From Macrostomum lignano (Eukaryota): a stretch of 64,000 nt of DNA. The notes under the pieces are model-generated. The model saw only the letters and a program-made list of their open reading frames with translations. It was not told the origin of the DNA and did no database searches. The stretch is taken from positions 124,001 through 188,000 of the forward strand of contig NIVC01000666.1 in the NCBI GenBank assembly GCA_002269645.1, in the 5' to 3' direction. Shown one piece after another: positions 49,935 through 62,044 of this stretch (its first letter is position 1; each line of letters opens with the position of its first letter). A program made the translations under genes and the position numbers.

Positions 49935-50645
49935 GAGGAGATGGAGAGAAGGAGAGAAGAGAGATAAGAGAGGGAGCGGGACATACGCAGAGTGAGTAGA
50001 CAGGGGAGAGAGTGAGTAGACAGGGGAGAGAATGAGTAAACAGGGGAGAGAGTGAGTAGACAGGTGAGAGGAGTAGACAGGGGAGAGAGTGAGTAGACAG
50101 GGGAGAGAGTGAGTAGACATGGGAGAGAGTGAGAAGACAGGGGAGAGAGTAAGTAGACAGGGGAGAGAGTAAGTAGACAGGGGAGAGAGTGAGTAGACAG
50201 GGGAGAGAGTGAGTAAACAGGGGAGAGAGTGAGTAGACAGGTGAGAGGAGTAGACAGGGGAGAGAGTGAGTAGACAGGGGAGAGAGTAAGTAGACAGGGG
50301 AGAGAGTGAGTAGACACGGGAGAGAGTGAGTAGACAGGGGAGAGAGTGAGAAGACAGGGGAGAGAGTAAGTAGACAGGGGAGAGAGTAAGTAGACAGGGG
50401 AGAGAGTGAGTAGACAGGGGAGAGAGTGAAAGACAGGGGAGAGAGTGAGAAGACAGGGGAGAGAGTGAGAAGACAGGGGAGAGAGTGAGTAGACAGGGGA
50501 GAGAGTGAGAAGACAGGGGAGAGAGTGAGAAGACAGGGGAGAGAGTGAGTAGACAGGGGAGAGAGTGAGTAGACAGGGGAGAGAGTGAGTAGACAGGGGA
50601 GAGAGTGAAAGACAGGGGAGAGAGTGAGAAGACAGGGGAGGGAGG
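49935..50645. repeat. 21-bp minisatellite (GGGGAGAGAGTGAGTAGACAG)n
   Basis: Direct inspection. Confidence 0.95.
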
Positions 50646-51157
50646 AGTGAAGCAAAATTTGCATTGAGACTGTCCTTAGTATGTGCATGCATCGCTCATA
50701 TATCAAAACACACTCTTTGTCGCAATTTCTTAGAAAGTGGTTTATCGCCGGCCGGCACTCCAGTTAATCACCGAAGCGCCTTCGCCCTCCCATGCGCGGT
50801 CACCCCCGCAAGCAGCTCAAAGTGGGCGGCGGCGGGACAGGCAATGAAACGGGGAAATTCCGCGCACACACCAGCTTAATGGACAGCTCCAAAGAGAGAA
50901 AGGGGAGCAGAGGAGCGCCCGGGAACTTGGCTAAAACTGGGCGGGCATTCCAGGACCTCCCCTGCTCCCATTTTCTACTCTCGAGCGGCGCACATTTCGT
51001 CCGAATTTCTTCTATTTAATCTCGTTATCGCCAGCTGAGAGAGTGGGGTGCAGGATGCTGGGACGCTCGCTGATGATGCTTGACTTTCACTTTCTACTTT
51101 TCTGTTGTCTGCCAATTTTTAATTTGCTTTCACTACGTTGTTTTTCTGCTTATCTGC

Positions 51158-51637
<480 letters not shown>

Positions 51638-51899
51638 GTATAATCAGCAATGCATATCTATTAACGCTCCTTCATAATCTTGCTCGCAATTTCTCTTTGC
51701 GCCCTAACTCTGTTCTCAAAATGCAGCAATTCTTCATTAGTCCAGTTCTTATGCCGACAGCAGCTGAGCAGCCCACAGACCTGCACTCTGCATGGGGAAT
51801 GAGGAGGCAATAAATAATTTATAAGCCTGCGACTTTAGGAGGGATAACTGATGAAATGTGCAAGATTGTTTCCCGACAAAAAATAAGCCAAAAAGACGG

Positions 51900-52613
<714 letters not shown>

Positions 52614-53074
52614 TCTTTGATCCATCTCCAGCAGGCAAAAGTACACACCAGTACTCGCGTCGGGCAAGATCAGTTTCCAACCTTGGATGCGGCTCAGATC
52701 CCGGACAGGGAGAAACTGCCCGCTACCCTAGCGATCCGTAATCTCCCCCTTGGCGAGGATTAGCATGGGGATTTTGTCCCGCTGGGGCGAATCTTTTAAT
52801 CTCTTTGCGCTGTTGCGGGTTCTCTGAGGCAAATAAAAATAGGGAGCAAATGAGTTGTGGGATTTCTGGGATTTATTGTCGGCTGGCTGGGCGACTATGC
52901 CGGAGTTTTCCCCTAAAATGCGCAATTTTACACAGAAGAACGACAAGGAATTGTGGCTCTTGTTTAGCACTCACTGGAATGAGCAGAATCTCGGGTTTAT
53001 TGAGTTCTAGAATTCATGACCTGTGCGTACAATATCTAAGCACAGTTGTCACTGTCTAATTTAGAGAGTCTCGG

Positions 53075-53748
53075 TGTTAGATTCTGTATAGATCAGTGAA
53101 GATTCTGTATAGATCATTGAAGATTCTGTATAGATCAGTGAAGATTCTGTATAGATCATTACAGATTCTGTATAGATCAGTGTAGATTCTGTATAGATCA
53201 TTGAAGATTCTGTATAGATCAGTGAAGATTCTGTATAGATCATTACAGATTCTGTATGGATCATTACAGATTCTGTATAGATCAGTGAAGATTCTGTATA
53301 GATCAGTGAAGATTCTGTATAGATCAGTGAAGATTCTGTATAGATCAGTGAAGATTCTGTAAAGATCAGTGAAAATTCTGTATAGATCAGTGTTGATTCT
53401 GTATAGATCAGTGAAGATTCTGTATAGATCAGTGAAGATTTTGTAGAGATCAGTGTAGATTCTGTATAGATCAGTGAAGATTCTGTAAAGATCAGTGAAG
53501 ATTCTGTAAAGATCAGTGCAGATTCTGTAAAGATCAGTGAAGATTCTGTAAAGATCAGTGTTGATTCTGTAAAGATCAGTGTTGATTCTGTAAAGATCAG
53601 TGTAGATTCTGTATAGATCAGTGTTGATTCTGTAAAGATCAGTGAAGATTCTGTAAAGATCAGTGAAGATTCTGTAAAGATCAGTGAAGATTCTGTATAG
53701 ATCAGTGAAGATTCTGTATAGATCAGTGAAGATTCTGTATAGATCATT
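53075..53748. repeat. 21-bp minisatellite (GATCAGTGAAGATTCTGTATA)n
   Basis: About 32 units ending ~50 nt before ATG 53797. Confidence 0.96.
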
Positions 53749-53796
53749 GCAGCCTCCAATGCCCCATCCGCTTGCAGAAGTCCCCCCGCCGCAGCC

Positions 53797-54788
53797 ATGC
53801 TGAGCGGGCTGGCCAGGTTCTCCAGCGCCCAGAATGCCTACTTCGACCTCTCCGCCGACACCGAGCTTCACGACAGCTTGGCCTCGGAGCCACCGCCGCC
53901 GCAGCTGCCATCGATGCCGCACCGCCCGGACGTCTCCCCGGGCGCATCCGCCGGAGCGCCGGTGCCCTCCTCCGTGTCGGCCGGCCTGTCCGCTTCGCCG
54001 TCAACTCGCAGTTTGTCGCGTCGCCGACTTCTGGCTGGTCGGAAAGGCGTCGCCATCCGCGCCCTCCTCGCCTGCCTGCTGCTGCTGGCCGGCGCTCTGG
54101 CGGGCAGCGCCGTCGCCAAGGCCCGCCTGCAGCAACAGCAGCAGCAACCCGAAGCCTCAGACAGCGCTCTGGACTACAGTTCGAGCTGGAGCTCGGAGAT
54201 TCTCTCTGGGATCGGTGAGATCAGAGATCCAACCCAGCAAGAGCTGCTGGCCAAAGATTTCGTTGGCAGTCAGCTGCGGGCGATGCTCGCTGCCGGAGAC
54301 GCCAACGACGCTTGGCTCGTCGAGGCCACTCGGGAGACGGCGGCGGGCCTGGGCCGCAATGCCAGCCTGCGGGTGACGGCGGCGGCCGCCTGCGGCGAAT
54401 CGAAGTCGCTCGGTAGAGTTGCCTACGCGAATTTCGGCAGCGAGCGGGACTTCGCCGACTTGCTGAGGGTGAGCGGCCTGCCCGACTGCTCCGGGCTAGT
54501 GCTGATGGCTCGGGTTGATGGCGGCGGCGGTGGCGCCTTCAAGGTGGCCAGGCGGGCTCGGCTCTGCCAGGCTGTCGGCTTGGTGTTTCTCGGCGACTCC
54601 GCGGAGGTCGCTGCGGCAGCGGCGGCTACCGAAGTTCTACCCACGGCAGCCATAGTCGATAAGTCCCGGGTTCGAGCCCTGTTTGTGGAATTCTCGGCAG
54701 TCAAGGGCAACGGCAGCCTGCCTCAGTGTCCGGCCAGCTTTAATTGCAGGCCGCACGAGTTTCTGGGGCCGTCGGACGAGCTGGGACC
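53797..54788 (+). CDS. M28/PSMA/transferrin-receptor-like type II membrane protein, exon 1 (cytoplasmic tail, TM, PA domain)
   Basis: Basic stretch followed by a hydrophobic TM (VAIRALLACLLLLAGALAGSAV). RVAYANFGSERDFADL matches the TfR PA-domain motif LVHANFGTKKDFEDL. Donor CC|GTGAGT, phase 2. Confidence 0.85.
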
Positions 54789-54914
54789 GTGAGTCGACGC
54801 TCGATGCGGTTGTAGCCAGGGACTGCTAGAATAGGGCAGCTGGATTGGAAATAAGCGAGTTTAAATTATTAATGACTGAGAGAAAGTGAAACCAGACGGC
54901 TGTTAATGAGGTAC

Positions 54915-55695
54915 ATGGAAGAGAGCAGGGAGGGAGAGAAGAGGTGGGGGAGAGGAGCGGGGAGGGAGAGGAGCGGGGAGAGAAAGGAGAGGTGAGAAAG
55001 AGGAGAGGGAGGGAGAGGAGAGGTGAGAAAAAGGAGAGGGGAGGGAAAGGAGCGGGGAGAGAAAGGAGAGGTGAGAAAGAGGAGAGGGAGGGAGAGGAGA
55101 GGTTAGGGAGAGGAGAGGGAGGGAGAGGAGAGGTGAGGGAGAGGAGAGGGGAGGGAGAGGAGAGGTGAGAAAGAGGAGAGGGAGGGAGAGGAGAGGTGAG
55201 GGAGAGGAGAGGGAGGGAGAGGAGAGGGAGGGAGAGGAGAGGTGAGAAAGAGGAGAGGGGAGGGAGAGGAGAGGTGACAAAGAGGAGAGGGAGGGAGAGG
55301 AGAGGTGAGGGAGAGGAGAGGGGAGGGAAAGGAGCGGGGAGAGAAAGGAGAGGTGAGAAAGAGGAGAGGGAGGGAGAGGAGAGGTGAGAAAGAGGAGAGG
55401 GAGGGAGAGGAGAGGTGAGGGAGAGGAGAGGTGAGGGAGAGGAGAGGGAGGGAGAGGAGAGGAGGGAGAGGAGAGGTGAGAAAGAGGAGAGGGAGGGAGA
55501 GGAGAGGTGAGGGAGAGGAGAGGTGAGGGAGAGGAGAGGGAGGGAGAGGAGAGGGAGGGAGAGGAGAGGGAGGGAGAGGAGAGGTGAGGGAGAGGAGAGG
55601 GAGGGAGAGGAGAGGGAGGGAGGAGAGGGAGGGAGAGGAGAGGGAGGAGAGGAGAGGTGAGGGAGAGGAGAGGGAGGGAGTGGAGAGGTGAGGGA
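54915..55695. repeat. Purine-rich (GGAGA)-based minisatellite with AGGTGAG units
   Basis: Direct inspection. Confidence 0.93.
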
Positions 55696-56382
55696 GTATC
55701 CATTTTCAATTCCGTTTTAAAAAGCAATAAACCAATAAAACTTCGCCCGGCTGAGCTGCACGGCAATAAATCAGTGTCAGCCGTGAGTCCTGCCTTCCGC
55801 TCTCCATGGGATCCTGGACTAGCTTCAAACTTTATTTACAACCCCATAGAAATCAGTCAGCCTCCTGCAGGGAACTGATAAATTGTTTTTTGCCTGCTCA
55901 ACCTCCGCGCTAATCTCTCCCCCCCCCCTGCAGCGCGGACCAGCTGCAGTGGCGGTGCCTGAGCAGTTTTTGAGTAATGAGGCTCGCCGCTCAACTGGTG
56001 ATGCAGCGGATCCGGCTCGGGGATTCTGGAGGGAGAGGAAGTTAGCAAAGGGGAAATGGAGATTTCTTACGCCTGCTGAGTCTCCTGCTCGGCCCATCTC
56101 GCTTCCCGCGCCCTTACCTAGGCTCAGCTTCCCTCCTGAGCTGCTGCATCCTCTCTCCTCCCCTCCTCCTCTATGAAACTCCTCTTTTAATCAGAAAGCA
56201 CTCGCCTTGCATTCCTGGCACTTGGATTGAAGCTGGCCCTCTTTACCGAGAATAAGTTCGAGTGCGCGGGATTTTATGAGTGCATTTATATCAGTGGGAT
56301 TAATAATTGCATTCTCATAATTCCTATTTAATACATTGAAGTAGGTTTGGAGATATTGATATCGATTGTCTCTGATGTTTAC

Positions 56383-56600
56383 TGTGAGAGTCTTTGCTAT
56401 CTACAAGGAGAGTCCTTGATGTCTTCTGTGAGAGTCTTTGATGTCTTCTGTGAGAGTCTTTGATTTCTTCTGTGAGAGTCTTTGATATCTTCTGTGAGAG
56501 TCTTTGATATCTTTTGTGAGAGTCTTTGATATCTTTTGTGAGAGTCTTTGATATCTTTTGTGAGAGTCTTTGATGTCTTCTGTGAGAGTCTTTGATGTAT
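56383..56600. repeat. 22-bp minisatellite (TGTGAGAGTCTTTGATATCTTC)n
   Basis: About 9 units. Confidence 0.92.
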
Positions 56601-56650
56601 AAAACGTTTTTTTCAGTTCAGAGCACGCCATTCTGTTCTTGACTTACAGA

Positions 56651-56685
56651 GGGTTGGGTTAGGGTTAGGGTTAGGGTTAGGGTTA
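56651..56685 (+). repeat. Short interstitial telomere-type repeat (TTAGGG)4
   Basis: GGGTTGGG(TTAGGG)4TTA. Confidence 0.8.
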
Positions 56686-57274
56686 CAGGCTTCTTCCGCC
56701 TCAACTCTGCCTGATGCAGGTGGCGACTTAAAAGGTTTTGAAGCGAAGGAGAGGAGGCGGGGACAGAAGGGATTTGGAGCCCATGGGAAGTGGTCACGAA
56801 GGGCTTCCCGGTCACGCTTTTTTCCCACAAAAATATTGCCAGCCTAAATGACAGATGGTCAGCCAGTGTTTATTGGCTCACCTCTCCCCCTCCCTCTCTC
56901 TCCTCTCGCCCTGCCTCCTCCCGTATGCGCTGAAGCGCAGGGATTTGGCTTTTTTCCAAGAAAAAAAACTTTGTTAGTCAAGGGCCACCTTCAATGATTG
57001 AAGATGACTGAACAGAGAAGAGGACAAGAGGTAAGGGAAGGAGATGGCGGATGCAGAACGGCCTGCCAGCTTGGCAACCTGCCGGGGCTTACTTCTTGCT
57101 GTATTTATTCAAATCTGTCCACAGCCAAAAAGTACAAAGAGTCTTGCTTCCGGTTATGGTATGCTTTGTATTTTATCGGTCAACTAACTGATTGGGGATC
57201 ACATTTCTGATCAGCTACATGGGTCACTCGTCCAGATAGATATAAATATGCATGTATAGTGTAACTCGAGTGAA

Positions 57275-57870
57275 GGAGTAGAGGGAGAGAAAGGGGGAGA
57301 GGTAGAGAGAGAGGAGGGTAGAGGGAGCGAGGAGGGTAGAGGAAGAGAGGAGGGTAGAGGAAGAGAGGAGGGTAGAGGGAGAGAGGAGGGTAGAGGGAGA
57401 GAGGAGGGTAGAGGAAGAGAGGAGGGTAGAGGAAGAGAGGAGGGTAGAGGAAGAGAGGAGGGTAGAGGGAGCGAGGAGGGTAGAGGAAGAGAGGAGGGTA
57501 GAGGAAGAGAGGAGGGTAGAGGGAGCGAGGAGGGTAGAGGAAGAGAGGAGGGTAGAGGAAGAGAGGAGGGTAGAGGGAGAGAAGAGGGTAGAGGGAGAGA
57601 GGAGGGTAGAGGAAGAGAAGAGGGTAGAGGGAGAGGAGGGTAGAGGAAGAGAGGAGGGTAGAGGAAGAGAGGAGGGTAGAGGGAGTGAGGAGGGTAGAGG
57701 GAGAGGCGGGTAGAGGGAGTGAGGAGGGTAGAGGGAGAGGAGGGTAGAGGGAGTGAAGAGGGTAGAGGGAGAGAGGAGGGTAGAGGGAGAGAGGAGAGAA
57801 GAGGGAGAGAGGAGGTTAGAGGGAGAGAGGAGGGTAGAGGGAGAGAGGAGGGTAGAGGGAGAGGAAGGGG
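57275..57870. repeat. 18-bp purine-rich minisatellite (GAGGAGGGTAGAGGAAGA)n
   Basis: Direct inspection. Confidence 0.93.
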
Positions 57871-59698
57871 AACGCAGCAATGGCAGTTCTGTATCGGATG
57901 GGTCCCTCAAAGCAAACACAAGCCAAGAACCGGACACTGCAGGCAGTCAAACAAAAAGGCACCAACTCTTCAAACAAAGTGCGTGAATTTACACACAGCA
58001 CTGCCCAGTGCCAGTAGGCTTCACCCCAAACTCCAGCATCAGTTCAACATCAGTGAGATGCTGCAATCAATACGGATCGATTCCTGGCGGCTCTTCGCGC
58101 CAGTTTTTCCTGTGGCTCATTTCTGCGGCAGCAACACGCCAGGGCTCGAATATCGAAGCAGGGGGTCTGGCTATGCAGCCCAGTGCAGCCTGCTTAGAGA
58201 CATGTGGATAGACAGGCAGACAGGCAGACAGATAAATAGATAAAACGCGTGCCGTATTGAGAGGCATGAGAGAAAGGAGACAGGGGAAGAGAGCAGCAGA
58301 GAGGAGAGGAAGATCAGTTGCTATGCAGGGGCTTGGGGGTCAGGAAATCCGATATGGCAGTTTAGCAGCAGCAGCCCCAGCTGCTGGCACGCAGCGATGG
58401 CGCTTGATAAGGGGTCGGGGAGGGGGCTGGGGAGGGCTTGAGCCGGTGGGGGGGGAGCTGTGTTCGAGCCAGCGGATCCGATCGATGTACTTTTTTGGGC
58501 TGCATAAGCTCTCGACAAGCTCAGAGCAGCATGGGACAATGCGAATGTATAGGCAGTCGTATTGTGACCAAAAAAGCCAATTTCTAAGTAAAGGGGATTA
58601 TTAGTGAATGAGTCTTCTTGGCCATACAACCTATGATCCCGTCTCGCAAAGCACAGGGTGTGGCCGAAGTCGCATCAAAGTCAGGAAATCCCGCCGATTA
58701 AAAATTTTCCCTATCGGTGATTTGGGCGCCTCTGGGATTTTTTTGGCGAGGAGAAAAGTCCAAATTAAAATTCAATCTCAAAAGCCGATTAGAAGACGGC
58801 GATTTTGATGAAAATAGCGACTTACGCATGACTTTCTACTCAATCAGTAGTGCGGCATGCTAACCTTGCTTCTTTTCTCCGATTATCAGTAGGAATGCCA
58901 AGCCATTTTCCCCCTTGATAATTTTCTTGCTGCGCCGGAAGGGAGCAACGCAGGCACACGAAATTCAAGAACACACCTTTTTGTTGCGCACCTTCTCAAA
59001 CAAGAATCAAGTCGCCAGTTCTCCGGACCTTCGAGATATCCAACAATTCTGCCAGAAGGTTGGATTTTTCCCATAAGCGCTGGTGTATTTAATATGTACA
59101 CCCCTGTGCACCAATCAACGCTGCGCCTCAGTGCAGCCTTGCCAATCCTCCAAATTTCATCAGCACGTCGACCACATGTGTCTGCATCACTAGCCTTCAC
59201 CCAGGCGGAGCTTCTGGACCTTCAACAGGTGGCACCAGGTGACTGTGGACAATCCTGTTGCGAATTTCTCGAGTTTCGCTGATCAAACCTCGACAGCGGG
59301 CAAGCCTCAACTGCTGGCCATCCTCAGTCTCTCAAGCATTCCGTCATCAACCTGACTGCCCACTGTCAATACTTGATCCACAAAACTAGAATAACAGTTT
59401 CGAAGGCCAGGGACCAACAAAGCCAGAGCTGATGCAGACACATGTGGTCGACGGTCCGGAGGGCCGTCACAAGGTGTACAGCCGCCCTGATTTTTCTCAA
59501 CACACACCCCTTGGGGTTGGCCCTCATCGGCGAGCCCAGGGACTTTCGCGCGACAGTAGGATGAGTTCCATTTGCCCAATGGTGATGGCCAACCACCCCT
59601 CACCTGCTGGTCATTCGGTTCAGAAGACCACGGATCAACGTCCTTACCCGTAGGTCGTTTGCACGGCCCTCCATCTCACTGCCTTTGACGTCCCGCAG

Positions 59699-60169
59699 CC
59701 GCCTGTCCATCTCGCAGCCGAGCCGCCTGGAGCTTCGCCGCGTCACCGACCAGTTCCTGGTGCTGCGCGGCCGTCAGCAGCCGCTGCGCTACTCCATGGC
59801 CGGCGCTCCGCCTTCGTCCGCCGGAATGCTCCGCGCCATCGCCCAAGCGCTGTTGAAACGGCGCCGCCACAGCCGCAACCGGAGGAGCATTGTGCTGGCC
59901 TTCTGGGGCGACGACGCCGGGGGCCCCGGAGTCGGTGGCGCGGAATTCCGCAGCCTCGGGGTGGCAGCCTACGTGGCGCTGGACAGGGCCGTCCCGGCTT
60001 TGAAGGGCCCGCGACGGCTGCGACTGCGGGCCTCGCCGCTGCTCAACTCCGTGTTCTATTCGGCGGCGACGTTCGCGGCGAATGCCACCCCATCGGCTGG
60101 GAAGGCGGACGGGACGGGTTGGCCGGAGACAGTCGAGTCCGAGGCCACGGCTGCTGGACAGCCGCCGCT
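59699..60169 (+). CDS. M28/TfR-like protein, exon 2 (protease-like domain)
   Basis: LRGRQQPLRY...RRSIVLAFWG...AYVALDRAV...LRASPLLNSV aligns with PSMA LRGAVEPDRY...RRTILFASWD and TfR AYINLDKAV...VSASPLLYTL. Acceptor gtcccgcag, phase 2 compatible with exon 1. Donor CT|GTGAGT. Confidence 0.88.
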
Positions 60170-60264
60170 GTGAGTGAATTAATGAACTGTCAATAGTAAG
60201 CTGATGGGGGAATATGGGTGTGTTCACAAGCTCATACGTCGTAGATCATCACTTGCTGTCATTC

Positions 60265-61005
60265 ATTCACTATTCTATGATTCACTCACTTTTCTACCTT
60301 GCCATTCGGTCACATTTCTACCTGCCGTTCACTCACTTTTCTATCCTTCACTCACTTTTTTATCTGCCGTTCACTCACTTTTCTACCATTCACTCACTTT
60401 TTTTATCTGCCGTTCACTCACTTTTCTACCGTTCACTCACTTTTCTACCATTCACTCACTTTTTTTATCTGCCGTTCACTCACTTTTCTATCCTTCACTC
60501 ACTTTTCTACCATTCACTCACTTTTTTATCTGCCGTTCACTCACTTTTCTATCCTTCACTCACTTTTCTACCATTCACTCACTTTTTTATCTGCCGTTCA
60601 CTCACTTTTCTACCATTCACTCACCTTTTTATCTGCCGTTCACTCACTTTTCTATCCTTCACTTACTTTTCTACCATTCACTCACTTTTTTTAGCTGCCG
60701 TTCACTCACTTTTCTACCGTTCACTCACTTTTCTACCATTCACTCACCTTTTTATCTGCCGTTCACTCACTTTTCTACCGTTCACTCACTTTTCTACCAT
60801 TCACTCACTTTTTTTATCTGCCGTTCACTCACTTTTCTACCGTTCACTCACTTTTCTACCATTCACTCACTTTTCTACCGTTCACTCACTTTGCTACCAT
60901 TCACTCACTTTTCTACCATTCACTCACTTTTCTACCATTCACTCACTTTGCTACCATTCACTCACTTTTCATCATTCACACACTTTTCATCATTCACGCT
61001 GCTCA
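60265..61005. repeat. Minisatellite (TTCACTCACTTTTCTACCA / TTTTATCTGCCG)n filling intron 2
   Basis: Ends ~15-20 nt before the acceptor at 61021. Confidence 0.95.
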
Positions 61006-61021
61006 CTATTCCCACTTTTAG

Positions 61022-61100
61022 ATTGCCATTCCCCAGCAGCATCGGCAGCCAATCGGAATTCGCCTTCAACTGGGGAATCCCCACGGCCGAGCCTGAACTT
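61022..61100 (+). CDS. M28/TfR-like protein, exon 3
   Basis: (L)LPFPSSIGSQSEFAFNWGIPTAEPEL aligns with PSMA [21 protein letters not shown]. Acceptor ttttag, phase 2 in; donor CTT|GTGAGT, phase 0 out. Confidence 0.8.
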
Positions 61101-61368
61101 GTGAGTACCGAGTGCACTCCCATACGCTAAAAGTACTTACTGCACTTTATAGAATCAAAATATTCCCGAAAATAGTTAGCCGACGGATAAACTCTGTTCC
61201 ATACTTTGCACAAAAAAATTCATATTTCGTTGCTACGGAGTTCTATAAAAACAACCTAAAGTACGAGCATACGTATAAAGTGCAACTGCACTTATGAAGT
61301 ATTCAAGTACTTTTATCAAGTGCCCATGTTCTAATAAACAAATGTTACACTGAAACTCCGATACGCAG

Positions 61369-61902
61369 GTGGCCGACCCCGGCGGTGCCACAAAAGCACC
61401 CGGTGACTCCGTTGACGCAGCAACCGTCTCGCTAGCCCGACTCACCGTCGACGCCCTGCTGCGCCTGTCGGACGCGCCTCTGCTGCCCTACGACTGCGAA
61501 TCGCTGGCTCGGGCAGCCACCGCCTGCCACAACTGGGCGGCTGGCCGGCTGCGTCTGGCCGGTTTGGCGACCGAGTCGCTGCGCGACGCTGTGCAAAAAT
61601 TTTCCGACGCGTTGCGCAACTTCGCGGCCCGAATGTCGAACAGTCGGCTGGACACCGGCGTCTCTGAGCTCAACGAGCAGCTCGGCCTTCTGAGTCGGAG
61701 TTTCCAGGATGACGGAGGGGGTGGCAACTTGCTGATGGGCTCGGGGCCGACCGGGGTCAGCCGGTGCTTTCCCCAACTGTCGCAGGCGCTGACGGCAGGC
61801 CGCCGGTTTGCATCTAAGTCGGCAGCGGCCAAACTGAGCACAGCGTTCCGACAGGCCACGGCGGTTCTGAACGGCGGCCTTGGGGGCCGGGCGTCGGGGT
61901 GA
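61369..61902 (+). CDS. M28/TfR-like protein, exon 4 (helical dimerisation domain)
   Basis: LRLSDAPLLPYDC...LRDAVQKFSDA...ELNEQLGLLSRSF...FPQLSQAL aligns with PSMA/TfR ELANSIVLPFDC...LFSAVKNFTEI...MMNDQLMFLERAF...FPGIYDAL. Spliced CDS is 2076 nt (691 aa). Confidence 0.88.
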   Translation: MADPGGATKAPGDSVDAATVSLARLTVDALLRLSDAPLLPYDCESLARAATACHNWAAGRLRLAGLATESLRDAVQKFSDALRNFAARMSNSRLDTGVSELNEQLGLLSRSFQDDGGGGNLLMGSGPTGVSRCFPQLSQALTAGRRFASKSAAAKLSTAFRQATAVLNGGLGGRASG

Positions 61903-62044
61903 AGAACGTGGCACTGAACTCCGCGCAAAGGTGCTGCCTATCGAATTCAATTACGATTCCTCGACCGACTCGGATTCTGAGCTGCGAAAGTTCAAAGCGC
62001 CAATAGCGAGTAACTTAAACACTTCGGCACCATCATTGAACCCT

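Noticed and set aside
51661-51780. Possible minus-strand exon (VCGLLSCCRHKNWTNEELLHFENRVRAQREIASKIMKER) between the inverted arrays; similar fragments at 48482-48688, 49730-49800 and 52620-52830
   Set aside because: Acceptor-like sites are present, but more than one frame is open, no family is recognisable, and I could not chain the pieces into a phase-consistent gene. RNA-seq would be needed.
58886-59660. Short ORFs in TfR-like intron 1 as extra exons or a retroelement fragment
   Set aside because: Exon 1 splices in phase directly to 59699 with a continuous alignment, and there are no RT, integrase or transposase motifs.
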